Positions 1 to 13,165 of a stretch of 64,000 nucleotides of DNA are shown piece after piece; the stretch's first letter is position 1, and every line of letters begins with the position of its first letter. The stretch lies in assembly GCA_028534125.1 (NCBI GenBank), contig CM052816.1, positions 48,424,001-48,488,000 on the forward strand, in the 5' to 3' direction. The position numbers were made by a program, and so were the translations under genes. The stretch comes from Lama glama. Lineage: Eukaryota. The notes under the pieces are model-generated. The model saw only the letters and a program-made list of their open reading frames with translations. It did not search any database and was not told where the DNA came from.

Positions 1-1830
1 ATGAAAATAAAATGCTGTATAATTGAAGAGGCATTCCAAGTTAATGGATAGAAAGACTCAATATCATCAAGACATCGGTTCTTCCCAAGTTGATCTATAG
101 ATTCAATGCAATCTCAGTGAAAATCCAAGCAATTTATTTTGTGAATATCAAAAAAAAAACTGTTTCTAAAGCGTCTATGAAGAGGCAAAAGTATAGAATA
201 GCCAGTACAGAAATGAAGAAGAGTGAATTTGGAAGACTGATGGTTCTCAACTTCAAAACTTACTATAAGTCTACAGTAATCAAGACAGTGTGATATCAGT
301 GAGAGAATAGTCAAGTAGATCAATGGAACAGAATCGAGAGCCTAGAAATAGACCCACATAAATATAGTCAACTGATCTTGATAAGGGAGCAAAGACAATA
401 TAAGGGAATAAAAATTGGCTTTTCAGTAATTGTGCTGAACACCTGTATAGGCACATGCAAAAAAATGAATCTAGACACAGATTTTATTCCCCTCACAAAT
501 ATTAACTCAAAATGGATCACACAGCTAAATGTAAAATGTAAAACTATAAAAATCTAAATGACCATGGGTTTGATAATGACATTTAAGAAAAAAATACCAA
601 AGGCATGTCCATGAATGAAATAAATGATAAACTGGACTTCATTAAATTTAAAAATTATGTTCTACAAAAGTCAGTATCAATAAGAATTGACAATGTCAAA
701 AGAACAAGAAGATAAGACACTGAATGGGAGAAAAAATTTGCAAAAGAGATACCTGATGAATCACTGTTACCCAAAATATACAAAGAACTCTTAAAACTCA
801 ACAATAAGTAAACAAAGAATATGACTGAGAATAGGTAAAAAATCTTAACAGACATTTCACCAAAAAAAAAAAAACACAGATGACAAATAATCACAAGAAA
901 AGATGGTCCACATCATGTGTCACCAGGGAAATGCAAATTAAAAAAACAATATGACACTAATAGGCAACTATTATAAAGCCCCAAATCCAAACACTGACAA
1001 CGTCAATCCAGTCGAGAGTGTAAGCAACAGAAACTCTTATTCATCACCTGTGGGACTGCCAAATGGTACAACCACTTTGGAAGACAATTTGGCAGTTTTG
1101 TGCAAAACTGAACACACTATTTATTACCATATGATCAACAATCTCACTCCCTGGTATTTACCCAAAGGAGTTGAAAACTTGTATCTACACAAAAACCTGC
1201 ACATGAATGTTTATAGTAAGTTTATTCATGCTTGCAAAAACCTGGAAGCAGCAAAGATGTCCTTTAGTAATGAATAGATAAATAAACTGTGTATATCTAC
1301 ACAATGGAATATTATTCTGGAAGAAAGAGATGAGCTACCAAGCCATGAAAAAACATGGAAGAGACTTAAATGCATGTAACTAATTGAAAGAAGCCAGCTT
1401 GGAAAGACTACATACTGTATTATTCCAACTATATGACATTATGGAAAAGGCGAAACTATGGAGACTGTTAAATGATTAGTGATTGTCAGGTGTTGCAGGG
1501 AAGGGATAAATATGTGGAACACAAAGGATTTTTTGGGCAGTGAAAATAATCCATATGATACTACAAAGATAGTTCCATGTCATTATACACTTGTCCAGAC
1601 CCAAAGAATGTACACCACCAAGAATGAGACTTAATGTAAACTGTAGACTTTGAGTGATTACGATGTTGTCAATGTAGGTTCATCAGTTCTAAAAACATAT
1701 CACTCTGGTGGGGCATGCTGGTAACTGGAAAGCTATACCTTTGTAAGGCAGAAGGTATATGGGAAAACTCTATATCTGCCCCTCAATTTTGCTGTGAAAT
1801 TTAAATTTTTCTGAAAATAGTCTTTAAAAA
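1..1830 (+). mobile_element. Old LINE-1: ORF2 C-terminal relic plus 3'UTR (L1MC1/2-like), cut off by the window start
   Basis: ORF 90-293 reads 'IYRFNAISVKI...LNFKTYYKSTVIKTV', matching L1 ORF2 IYRFNAIPIKI/PDFKLYYKA.VIKT. The 3'UTR 'cattatacacttgtccagacccaaagaatgtacaccaccaaga...ctcaattttgctgtgaa' resembles L1MC 3' ends as recalled. Many stops and frameshifts. Confidence 0.9.
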
Positions 1831-2039
1831 ATTTATAGGAGTCATAGTGTGAAAGACAGAATCCCAAGATTCTTATCTGTATATAACCAATTATAATTTT
1901 AAAAACAATTTTTATATAAACAGTGTTGGGGGGGAAAATGAATAGGGGTCAAAAGTAGAGGGATAGATTGCCAGTTTACTTTTGATGAGGTGTCAAATTT
2001 TGCTCCTTTATATTTGAATTTCTTATTAAATGTTTAAGT

Positions 2040-3065
2040 AAGAAAGTTGTCATAAAATAATAGGCTAACACCCATCTAACTACCACCCAATTTAAGACAT
2101 GAAACTTGTACATCTCCTTCATTAACCAATGTTCTCAATTTGATATTTATTTTTATTTATTAAATATATATTTTCACTGAGCAATGTAAAATTTTTTATA
2201 TGTGTTAAACTATTTTTTACCTGATAAATTTATTGTTGTTGATATATGTAGTCTTAGATCATTCATTTTTATCATCATATAATATTTTACTATATGAACG
2301 TTCCAATATTATTTTAGTAATTATGAGTAATCATGTAATATGTGTTTTATATTATAAACCATGGTGGTATAAACATTCTTAATCTTGTGGCTTTGAAACA
2401 AGTGTTTATGTGATGTTTCTCTATAAGTAAATTTATTGAATGTAGGATAGGCATATCTTCAAATTACTTCAAATTGTTCTTCAAAGCCTTTATGCTAATT
2501 TAATTTCTATCATTAAGTGTAAGAGTTATGGTTTAACTTCCTTACCAATACAATTTAATGTCAGATTTTAAATTTATTTAAATAAAATGGATATTTAATT
2601 AATGATTTAATTTGTAGTTTAAAATATTAGGTAGGTAACCTTTTAAAATATGTAGTCAGCCCTCCATCACTGCAGATGTGAAACACATGGATAAAGAGGA
2701 CCAAATGTATTCCTTGTACTTCATCGTTTTATATAAAAGACTTGAGCCTCTGTGGATTTTGGGTTCCATGGAGGCTCCTGGAACCAATCCCCTCAGGATA
2801 ACTAGGGAAGGATATATGTATTTATCATTATGTTCTTCTGTTCTGTAATGTTTCTGTTTATATCTTATGCCACTTTTCTTCTTTGTCATTTCTTTAAGGA
2901 TTCGTAGGATTTCCTGATATTTTTGGATTGTGTTCTTTCTTGCATACATGTATTTCAAATATCTTTCTGTGTTTATGGCTTGCATTTCCTGGCTTAATTA
3001 AATCTACTGATGTAGAGAATTTTAAAAATGCAACTGAATTAATCTTCCCCCTTATTTCTTGTTTA
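2040..3065 (-). mobile_element. Highly decayed old L1 (L1ME-like) 3' fragment, interrupted by a MITE
   Basis: Patchy antisense L1 3' motifs such as 'tcattcatttttatcatcatataatattttactatatgaa', 'caaattgttcttcaaag' and 'gtatttcaaatatctttct'. Confidence 0.5.
2653..2816. mobile_element. TcMar-Tigger MITE (MER2/Tigger3-like, internally deleted)
   Basis: Left end 'tagtcagccctcca' and right part 'gacttgagcctctgtggattttgggttccatggaggctcctggaaccaatcccctcaggataactaggga' resemble MER2-type terminal inverted repeats. Confidence 0.7.
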
Positions 3066-4771
3066 AGAACTCCTTAATTATCTTGAAATTTAATATATTT
3101 TTTAAGCAGTAAAGAAAGCACGATGAGACACACAATCACACCTTTTCCTTATCCCTTGATAGACAATAATTAATGCATGTAGGGCTTGGATGTAATCACT
3201 AGGCTCAACACACTGCTTTCATTGATTTTCCAATAAGGCTTAAAGCTATGAAAAACAAACTTCTTTCTTTTTCTTCCCAGTGGTTAATTTAATTTTCTCC
3301 CCTACTGAACCAAATTATTTATTTGCTAGCACAATCTTTATTTAACACCTTTTCATGTTTCCCACCTATTGCCAATGCAATCCCAGATCATAACAATTAA
3401 CAGTTGTTTCTTTGTATTGCCAGTTATTTATTGCTTTTGCCTGGGGATGACTTTTTTAAATTTCAAAAATAAGGTTATTTTGCTTTTTAATACAGTTATC
3501 TTTAATAATGTCATTCCTAAGGGATAAGCATGAAAATTGTGACAAATTTATATTATCTTGTAATATCTTGCAAAATGTATTTGTATTTGCATTTGTAATT
3601 TGCTGTTATACCTATAATATTGACCCACATTTCTGAAACTCCACTGCACAAATAGTTTTTTTGTTGTTTGATAGTAATTCTCAACCATTGAATGCCTTAA
3701 ATAACATTTATTCTTGTTTTTCATTGTTCTGCAATGGTTTTTTACTAATTGATCTTTACTAGCCTAGCTTTCTGACATGATGTTCAGGTCCTGACCTTAA
3801 GTGAAAAATATTTTGCGTGTACGAGAGGAGATTCTTGAAAATGTAGGCAAAAATACAGATCCACACCCTCTTAATTTCCTTTATATTTGTTAAGCTTATG
3901 TAGCTTCACATTGATCAAAATAGCAATTTATTTCCTTATATAAAGGTGGTTCAATAAAATAACTAATGGACAATCAGTATAATTCTATATGAAATTGAGG
4001 TTCATTCTTCAAGTAATGATATAATCATTCATTCAAATAACTGATTAATGCATATCAGATGTATTTATGGCCATTTGTGGTCAATACCTTTGTGATTAGT
4101 GCTATATATGATTGCATATACAGTATTCATTCATTGCATTGAAAAAGGCTATTGTGTTCTTTGAAAGTACTGCATAAGACTTAAAACATCTCACATATGG
4201 ATTTAATGTTTAGTGTAGCATAGAATTACCTGAATCATGTAGGTAAATTATACAAAATAGTAAGTGTACACCCTACTATAGACTCAAAGTTATACAGAGA
4301 AAAGAAAAAGAGTAAACTCTTTTGCAGCCTTATAAGACACTGATGATGAATCTGGACATTTTTTTTCAAGAGAAAAGAACAAAGAAATAAATGGTTTTTC
4401 TGTCATCTACTCCTTTATTTATCATTCACTCAACATTTATTGAACAACATAGATTAAAGGCTAAAATAAATATGCTAATATTCATGAGAAACATTAGCAT
4501 CCATTTGGAATGAATCATATTGAATCAACCAAATAAATGCCATCACTACAGAGTATTAAGTGGTCATTCAAAGGGTAGAACACAATGTATTAACACAGTT
4601 TACCTTGTATCATTACTTTCGCCATTGTTGACTGCAAGGACTAAGACAAGATAAATTTGTTATGAATTCTTGGATTATTGGCTAGATCAGTTGATGGTGG
4701 ATGATGCCATTAATGAGACAGAGAACAATGTATCCATAAGAAAACTGGGTGGTTGCATCCAGTTTCTAAAA

Positions 4772-4792
4772 GTGTGTGTGTGTGTGTGTGTG
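4772..4792. repeat. (TG)n microsatellite
   Basis: Seen directly: gtgtgtgtgtgtgtgtgtgtg. Confidence 0.95.
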
Positions 4793-4829
4793 TAATAAGA
4801 AATGTTAAGTAAGACACTGAAAATATGAG

Positions 4830-5250
4830 CGTCAAATCCAGAGGAAGAGACTCTGACCTGAATATACAATAGGGGGTTAATTTTCATATACATAACAGTT
4901 AATGATACATGATATTATCTAGGAAAGAGTAGAAGTAGAGAGAAGTGGATTTGGGAGCACTCCAGCATTTTAAAGTTGGATACAGGATGAAAGCTGAAAA
5001 GACTGAGACAGTGTTTCTACCACTAACGTAGATGCTAATGTAGGAGAGTATTTCCAAAAGGAAAAATTATCCTGATGTTAATTGAATGAGAACAGAGAAG
5101 TGATAATGCATTTTGAAACTGTGAATTTTGGAAGACATTGACAGGTTCATTGTCATTGGAATACTGTGAATATAAGACAGACTTCTTTAGATCGAAGACT
5201 GAATCAGGCTGAAGATAACAAGTAAAGACAACATTTTTATCAAAAAGGGG
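4830..5250 (-). mobile_element. Decayed LINE-2 fragment
   Basis: Purine-rich L2-antisense-like text: 'ttgggagcactccagcattttaaagttgg...gctgaaaagactgagac', 'gaagacattgacagg'. Confidence 0.45.
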
Positions 5251-5759
5251 AGGAGAGAGAGGAAAATAGTATTTCTAAGATGGAGGAAAAAAACAGCACA
5301 TTTGTTGAGACATAGATACGAAAATATGAAGAGGAAGGATTGATTAAAATCCAATGGAAAAAATATAATGCAGAAGTAATTTAAATATAATACACATACA
5401 GAAAAGTAGACATAAAATGACCATGCAGACATATCAATGGATTTTTATCAATTTAACACAACTATGGAACCAACATTTAGATCAATAAAAAGAAAATTGT
5501 AATTGTTCCAAAGGCTACTTTCATATTCCCATTTCCTAATCTCTTTTACCCAAGTTAACCAAATATTCTGATGTACATTGGCATAGTTTAGCTTTTTGTT
5601 ATTCTATATAGTATTTCATCATGTGAGTATACCATGATTTATATATTTCATTCAACTGTTGATATGATTTTGTTAGTATCTTTCTTGTTTGTAGTTATTA
5701 TGAATACTATAGTCATATAATGAAATATGTAATTTCTGAAATTAAAAACAATTTAAAAT

Positions 5760-5990
5760 CATTTACACTTATGAAGTAATTAGGGCCAAATATAGCAAAA
5801 TATATGCAAAATTTCCCAGAAAACTCTTAAAACATTGTTCAGCAAATTTGTAGTATGAAAGTCAAAATATTATCAGACTAAAGATATCATTTCTTCCCCA
5901 AATTGACCTATATGGCCAATGCAATACTAATCAAAATCCCAGAATTCTTTTTTCTAAAGAAATTCACAAGATAATTTAAAATTTATTTTC
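5760..5990 (+). mobile_element. Decayed L1 ORF2 fragment
   Basis: 'aagatatcatttcttccccaaattgacctatatggccaatgcaatactaatcaaaatcccag' parallels the L1 ORF2 segment at 69-130 of this window. Confidence 0.65.
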
Positions 5991-8900
5991 ACTGTAAATT
6001 TCATTTGGTTACTTCCTTTAAGGAGTTGAGAAAGAAGAACACTATTGATTAGTTTGTGAATGACAAACTATGATAAAGGAGAAAAAATACTCATGTTTTC
6101 CAGGAAGACCTAGTTACAAGAATATATCAGTTCCTCATTTTAGATAGGACCTCATCCTCCTTTAGGTTGGGTATTTCTATGTTTTAAATGATAGTTTACC
6201 CTTAAAATAAGTCTTAGATAATTGTATTCTACTTCTGATGCAGTAATCTTGGAGCAAATACAACAATGCAAATCATTTAATTCAGAAGAAGTAAGAAGAC
6301 AGAACTCTTGCCATGTGTTGGGACTGTTGTGATTAGTGAAGTTCTTCCATTCTGTCAAAGATACTGATACTCAAAACGATGTCTGTGACCTTCCCTGGTT
6401 TAAGAATTTTGTTGGTTAACAACTACAAAAAATTTACAACCAATAGGTGTACTAACAGAGCTTTTGTTATCAGTCACATATATCCCAAAATAGAATGCCC
6501 TTATCAAGTCCCGTGAATATACATATCCTGCCAAGAATAGGATAATTAAGGGATGTTACCCTTGGTATTATCTTTCTTTGTCTGTCATTGTACAATACTT
6601 TTACTAAATTTTCCAACTGTGTAAGTTGTTGAATACAGAGTTTGGTTGGGGCGTGAAGTTATTTAGAGAAAATTGGGATATGCCATTCTTTTCATGCCAG
6701 TAATTACACTGATTTACCAAAGATCATATAAAGCATTAAGTAATTAATAAAGTTTAGATAATGTACATTACAAACTGAATTGGAGAGATCTGAGAATAAT
6801 ATAGGTATCTAAAGCTTAAATAATATAATGGTAACAAGTTTTAAAATTTAGATGAAATTGTTAGGTCTAAACTAAGCATACTATTGGCTTCATTTTACCA
6901 GATTGATTTGATCTTTGTTAGAAATATTTTAAGTTAGTGAATTTGTAATACATAATAGATCAGCAAAAGCATATTTACCATTCTTTTATAACTATATATA
7001 AGAAGTTTCTATTTCATTGAAATTAAGTTTCATTACAAATCATTAGTTTTCACAAATTATTCCCACAATAATAATATTGACACAGTTCCTGATTTTTAAA
7101 AGGGCTTAATAAACTTTTAACATTAGACACTTAGAAGTTAGGAAAAATACTTACGTATAAATAAACACAGGGGAAAGTAAATTTCCCTTTTGGAATAGTA
7201 ACAAAGATATTGGAGGCAACAGGGTGTATTTTATCATTGTCATCAGCAAGAAAAGGATTAATTGCTGTCATGTTCTCTCTATACTACCTTGTGGAGTACA
7301 AATTACATTTTTCTAACCTCAGGACCTTAATCAAAAACAACAAGATTTGAGCTGGTATTAATCTACGGCTGCCAGTGGCAGCCTTTCCATGACAAAAGAC
7401 TGCAAGGTCAGCAATGTGAATTTCTGCAAAGACGGGAACATACTTATCAGGAGACTACACCTGGTAAAGAGAAAATGCAAGGACAGTGTACAAATCAACA
7501 CAGTGCTTAAAGAAAAGGCACATTTAAGGCCATTGCTTTTTTGTGTTTGAAAGTGAATCATAAATGCCGTATATTAACCACATATATACAGAGCCCTCTG
7601 CAACTATGTTTAAAAAAGTTCCTGGAAACTTCCTTGAAGTTCAATTAAACCTAAAAATATAATTAAAAATAGTACTTTGAACACTGGAATTTTCAAAGAA
7701 TTTTTATTTACTCAGAAGTGAGTAACAGTATAATGATTTATTGGATGAAACCTGAAGTTTAATGTTTAGCTAGCAGGTATTACTTCCCTTTAATTCTCAT
7801 AAATCTCTTCTCAGAAGTTTTCTTTATCGAACCCCGTTCTCTCTCTTGATCGTTCAGTTTTACAAAGCCTTCACCATTCTCCTAAATATGGAAGCTATAA
7901 AGTTCCATCTTTCTGCACTCATTAGCTAGGCCACCACATATATATTTTTCTCTGCTTATTGTGTGTCTGGGCCTTATAGTCGTGCTGAGACTGCTGGACA
8001 CAATAAGTCTTAGGAGGATCACAGTAATCCTATGGAGCCATGCCCACTGGGGTAGCAACATATTTTAGGCTCAAGTACAATTTAGTTTCTTTCTTTGTTT
8101 TTTCTAAAATGCATATAAGTCTGAACCTGATCACAGTCTTTTTATTTCTGCACATATAAGAATACTTTTTTTCTTTTTTTTGATACACTATAGGAATTTT
8201 CTTTCTTCTCATTAACTCATGTGGTTTTTCAACAACATGCTTTTTCATAACAAATAACCTATACATAAATTTTTCATAAATCACTTGAGACCAAAATTTT
8301 GCTCTATTGTTTCCCATTGAAATGAGTTTCAATGTCATTATGACATTAGATAATCAGTTATTATTAAATTATTTCTATGCAAAGTAACCCTTAATAGTTC
8401 ACTTACACTAGTATTGATAATCCACGTAGATTTTAAAAGTATTCCCAGAAGATAATTTTCTCTAATGCATACTTCCTATAAAGCACTACTTAATTTTAAC
8501 TCCTTTTTGTTCATTTTGATTGATATTCATGGTAGAAGAAATCTATATCTCTGTATAAACCTCATTTTAAGAAAGTATATAATTTAGGAGAATTCTAAAA
8601 AAGGCTTTCTAGTAAACCGTATTATATTTATCTCTGTTTTAATTTTTTTAAGGAAAGTACAGATTTGATGTATTAGATTGAAGAGGTCAAACAGGTAAAT
8701 TTAATATTTTGCTAAATAATTTAATAATGAAATGTGGAAACTATGAATATAAGTGTACTGGTATGTATTTCCCAAATACTACCTTTTTCTTTTAAGCCCT
8801 GTTCCCAATCCCTAAATAATTAATAACATCTTTTCTTTTTTTTTTTTCTTTTTTTTAGTAAAATTTTTTTCTGTAAGATTCTCCAGCCATGTATGGTAAC

Positions 8901-9631
8901 TATTGGCATACAGTTTGTCATATTTTATTGTAGATAGTTATATGCAACTTTCAAAACCATGATTTGCTAAAGGCTAGAAACATAATAATTTTCCTCTTTA
9001 ACAGAATCAAGTCATCTTAGATGCTTTAAAAAATTAAAACAGTTTTGTTCCTTTTCATTTATGTTTGTATAAATATATCAAATACTCATAATATTAGGTT
9101 GATTATTTTTAAATGTCCATGGGTAATAACTTTGGAAATAAATCTGTAAATCCAATACAACAAAGAAAGTATTTGTAGGACTTCACAAAGCTGTGTACAA
9201 TATATTTAGCATAATTTTTATTATTCTTTTCATCCTTCGAATCATCCATTTATATACATCCAATAATCATTATTTTTAGAAGTAGGTATTATAATTTTAC
9301 TGATGAAAAATATAAGAAAAGATGAATAGATAACTTAAAACATAATTTCCTGAATAGTATCTAATTTGTCTGCATCTGTAAGCATAAATATCTGATTATA
9401 TTTCATCTATAGATAGAAAAATCTCATATAATTTAATGCCTATACAAATTATACCAAATGCTACACTAAATCATGTAGCTGTATACTAACAATATACATA
9501 TCTGTATAATATGATAATTAAGATATGAATAATATAATACACAGCACTAAGATCTCTTAAGTGCAAATCATCAGTTTGCAATTAAATATACCAGTTAAAA
9601 GATTTGATATTTATTAAAATAATAAATATTT

Positions 9632-10490
9632 AATACCAAAAAATACAAAGAACTCTTACAACTCAACAACAAGAAGACAAACAACCTAATTTAAAAGCAG
9701 GCAGAAGACTTGAATAGACTTTTCTCCAAGGAAGAAATCATCCATCAAGCACATGAAATGATCAGCATTATTGATCTTTAGGTAAATGCAAATCAAAACT
9801 ACTAGATACCACTACACTTATTAGAATGGCAGTAATGAAAATAGTGGGAAATAAGGATTGGCAAGGATATGGAGAAACTAGAACCCTTGAACATTGTTGA
9901 TTAGAATATAAAATGGTTCAGTTGCTGTGGAGAACACCTCAAAAAGCTGAACATAGAATTATCATGACCTTGCAATTCTGTTCCTAGGTATACAGCCAAA
10001 GGAATCTAAAACATGGTTTCAAACAGATGCTTGTACATCAATGATCATAGTGTATTATTCACAATAGCCAAAAGATGGAAACAACCCAAATGTCCATCAG
10101 CAGATAATTGGATAAGCAAGTTATGGTATATACAAACAACCATAAAAAGATTGAAGCCCTGATACATGGTACCATACCAATGAACCTTGAAAACATAATG
10201 TTAATGTAATAAGCCAAATACAAAAGATCATATACCTTGTATGATTTCATTTATATGAAATATCACAAATAGGAAACTCTGTATAGACAGAAAGCAAATA
10301 GGTGGCTGTAGGGGCTGGGGGAGAAGGGAATGGATAATAACTGCTTAATGGGTACAGAGGTATTTTTTTTTTGGTGATGAAAGTTTCTTGGAATTAGGGT
10401 ATATTCATAATATAGTGAATATACTAAATACGACTGAATTTCTCTATTTAAATGGTTAATATTATTTATATATATTGCATCTTAATAAAA
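9632..10490 (+). mobile_element. 5'-truncated LINE-1 3' end (L1MB-like)
   Basis: 'aaagaactcttacaactcaacaacaagaagacaaacaacc', 'atgcaaatcaaaactac', 'attcacaatagccaaaagatggaaacaacccaaatgtccatcagcag', a G-rich 3'UTR segment and a terminal 'taataaaa'. Confidence 0.9.
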
Positions 10491-11874
10491 TATAATAGTA
10501 ACCAAGTGATATGATATATACATAACAAAAATTTAAATAAGATAACTATATGACAAAAAAGTCATGCTAAGGCCCATCAGTATATGTGCTTGTTTTTAAT
10601 CAGAAGTTTATATGTTTTTTAAATTTAAATTGTTATATTTTCTTTTCATAGTTATTCCATTTCATAGATATAAAACCAAAAAGTTAATGTGCCCATAAAT
10701 TTAAAGATAAAGATGAATGTACACATAGTTTTAAAACAGGACAGCTAGCTACAATGCATATTTTCTCAAAGGCCTACAAATTCCTCCTGAGCCCTTTACA
10801 TATAAATGCTGGAAGTCTCTTCAGTAAATAAGCCCCAAATTAATTCTTGGTAGAATGTTTTTCTTTGACAAATGCTCCTGGAGCTAGAAGATAACTTTTC
10901 AGTGCAGCAGTATCAGACTTCCTGTTGATTGTTTCTTAACCTTCTGTGAGCCCAGTCTGCCAGCACAATTCCATATCACACTAAGAAAGCCTCTGTGAAG
11001 GCACCCTTTCACAGGCTGCTAGCTACGAAGCACTGAAGTCAGACTTGTACAGCAAAGCAGAGTCAGGTCTTTTTTTTTTTTTCTTCCCCTATCCTTCAAG
11101 AAAACAATAGAGAATTCTATCACTCAATGTTGAAGCAAGATTATTCAAAGTTTCAAGAGGCTGATTCTGTGGCTGCAAACTCATTTCTAATCGTAACCCC
11201 AGCTCAACACTAATAAGTTTATTTTTGCATGGCAACTAAAACAGCATTACAAATTATATCTAAAGACATCTGTACTTTGTACAATAATATCATGAGAAAG
11301 TTGGGAGGATTTGTGATTCTAATAGTATCAGGTGTATGATTATTAAAGAGATCTATTCATCTGATGGTTCATTTGTGGAGTGCCAGTAAGGGTTCTTTGA
11401 TCCACACTAAGAAATATTACCAATGGAAAGATACTAAATTTTCATTTTTAGAGTACCATCTTCTCCAGTTAATAATTACTCTTTCTCTTTATTTGTCAAT
11501 TTACTTCAATAAAGCTGGAAAAATAAAATTCTAATATTGCTATTTGGGGGAAACTGTTAAGCCTAAACTCGTTCATATAAATGAGTTTAATATATCTCTG
11601 TCCTTTAAGACGTATGAAAATTGGCAGAATGTGAATGTGCTAATACTTAGAAGAGGAGGAGAAACGAGTAACAATAAGCAAGCAGCACACAATGCAAAGC
11701 AAAAGGTATGGAGATGGAAATTTACCAAAGATAAAAGTCATATTTTCTTTGTTTTTAACTAATAATATACATGTTACCAGTTATTTAAAATAGAATGTAT
11801 GATATGCTGGACTACCATAGAACTAGAAATAAATCATTTTCCACAATTTCAGACTTCTTCAAATACCCTACCCT

Positions 11875-11973
11875 GAGTGTGTATATGTCCATGAATGACT
11901 GAAAAATTGTGCTGAACACTGGAATTTGACACAACACTGTAAAATGATTATGAATCAATAAAAAATGTAAAAA
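11875..11973 (+). mobile_element. ~100 bp young L1 3' stub with A-tail and 14-bp TSD
   Basis: Ends 'tcaataaaaaatgtaaaaaaaa'. Flanked by aaataccctaccct (11861-11874) and aaatgccctaccct (11974-11987). Its reverse complement resembles the 3'UTR end of the L1 at 49480-49560. Confidence 0.85.
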
Positions 11974-12559
11974 AAATGCCCTACCCTTTTAAAAACTTCT
12001 CTAACCTAAAACTTTAGCTAGTTTTTCTGAACTCTATATGGTATAGTAGGTGTTCCCATTATTGTCTTAATTTTCCTTGTACCCTTTAAGATAATTTCAG
12101 ACAGACATCATAGTGTTTCCTTTCTTATCACTATAGTTAATCTTCCCTTCTAGGAACATTTTCTATATTTCTAATTTCTCAAAATCTAAAATTGTTATTG
12201 TAATCATTGTACATTTAATGGTAAATGCATTTCAAAGGATTTTATACTTTATTATTACAAATGGATGTTTTATTTCAAAATATCTAATTGGATATATGTG
12301 TGTATATCTCTAGTTTTCTAATTTATTTTTCCTAGTCCTCTTAATTTTTAAAAGTTTTTATTGTTGTTTCCCAGTCCCGTAATTTTTTATTGAGCAATTT
12401 TCTTCAAATGCTTCTTAACCTTTATTTCTTCCTTTATTGCCTTCCGGAAATATTTTCTTGAAAATTTGTGGTCTCTTAAGGCTATCTTCCAGACTCTCAT
12501 TTTTCATTACATAAGATTTTTCCTAAAAAGATATATGCAGCCAAGCATTAGGACTAAAG

Positions 12560-12715
12560 TTAGCATCTAGATTGCTCTCAGCTTTACCATTTATAAGCTG
12601 TGGTATCTTAGTGAAATCACTAAAATTTTGTGACTGTATTACTTCTTTTAAAAAATAAAACATCAACACACCACAGAGGCTGTGAGAGTTAAAAGAGACA
12701 TATAGAGAAGAGGGG
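12560..12715 (+). mobile_element. MIR SINE relic
   Basis: MIR core-like: 'ctcagctttaccatttataagctgtggtatcttagtgaaatcactaaa...cacagaggctgtgagagttaaaagaga'. Confidence 0.65.
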
Positions 12716-13123
12716 TTTGAAGTTACCAATGAATTTGAAGTGTTATTTAACCAATACTGTAAACCTCTGAGCATCACCACTAAATAGCTTTAAGATTTAC
12801 CTAGTATCAAAGGCCTAATAATGAAATCTATGAAGTATTACTTCAGTATAATTTATATGCTATATTGGGATTGAAATTCATGATAGCAATCAATGTGGAA
12901 AAAATTATTATACCCACTTTTATTCCATAGTTTTGATTTACCTTTTGCAACTTTTACTGTGGACAGTTTTATCTTTTTCTTCTAAATTATGAGAGGCCTG
13001 TACACATTAACTCTGTGAAGAATTGGTAGCTTGAACATTGCATAGTTGAATGATTTATTTCATTTTTAATAACAAAATATAATTCTTGAGCATATTTTTC
13101 AAATATATATATTCATATACGTT

Positions 13124-13165
13124 TATATATACACACATACACACACACACACACGCACATATATA
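13124..13165. repeat. (TA)n/(CA)n compound microsatellite
   Basis: Seen directly: tatatatacacacatacacacacacacacacgcacatatata. Confidence 0.9.

Noticed and set aside
951..1277. 108-aa ORF
   Set aside because: It lies in the decayed L1 ORF2 C-terminal region and is not a host gene.
2656..2985. 109-aa ORF and other hydrophobic or Lys-rich short ORFs
   Set aside because: The composition (F/L/I/K/Y) reflects AT-rich DNA. This one overlaps a MITE and an L1 relic, and I recognised no domain.
7323..7463. Exon-like segment (ttttctaacctcag| ... |gtaaag)
   Set aside because: All three frames contain stops. Splice-like motifs alone are frequent by chance.
10988..11017. Small hairpins (agcctctgtgaagg...tttcacaggct; also ctagaagaa/ttcttctag at 17799-17821)
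   Set aside because: Stems of 7-9 bp are expected by chance in 64 kb and are too short for a pre-miRNA.
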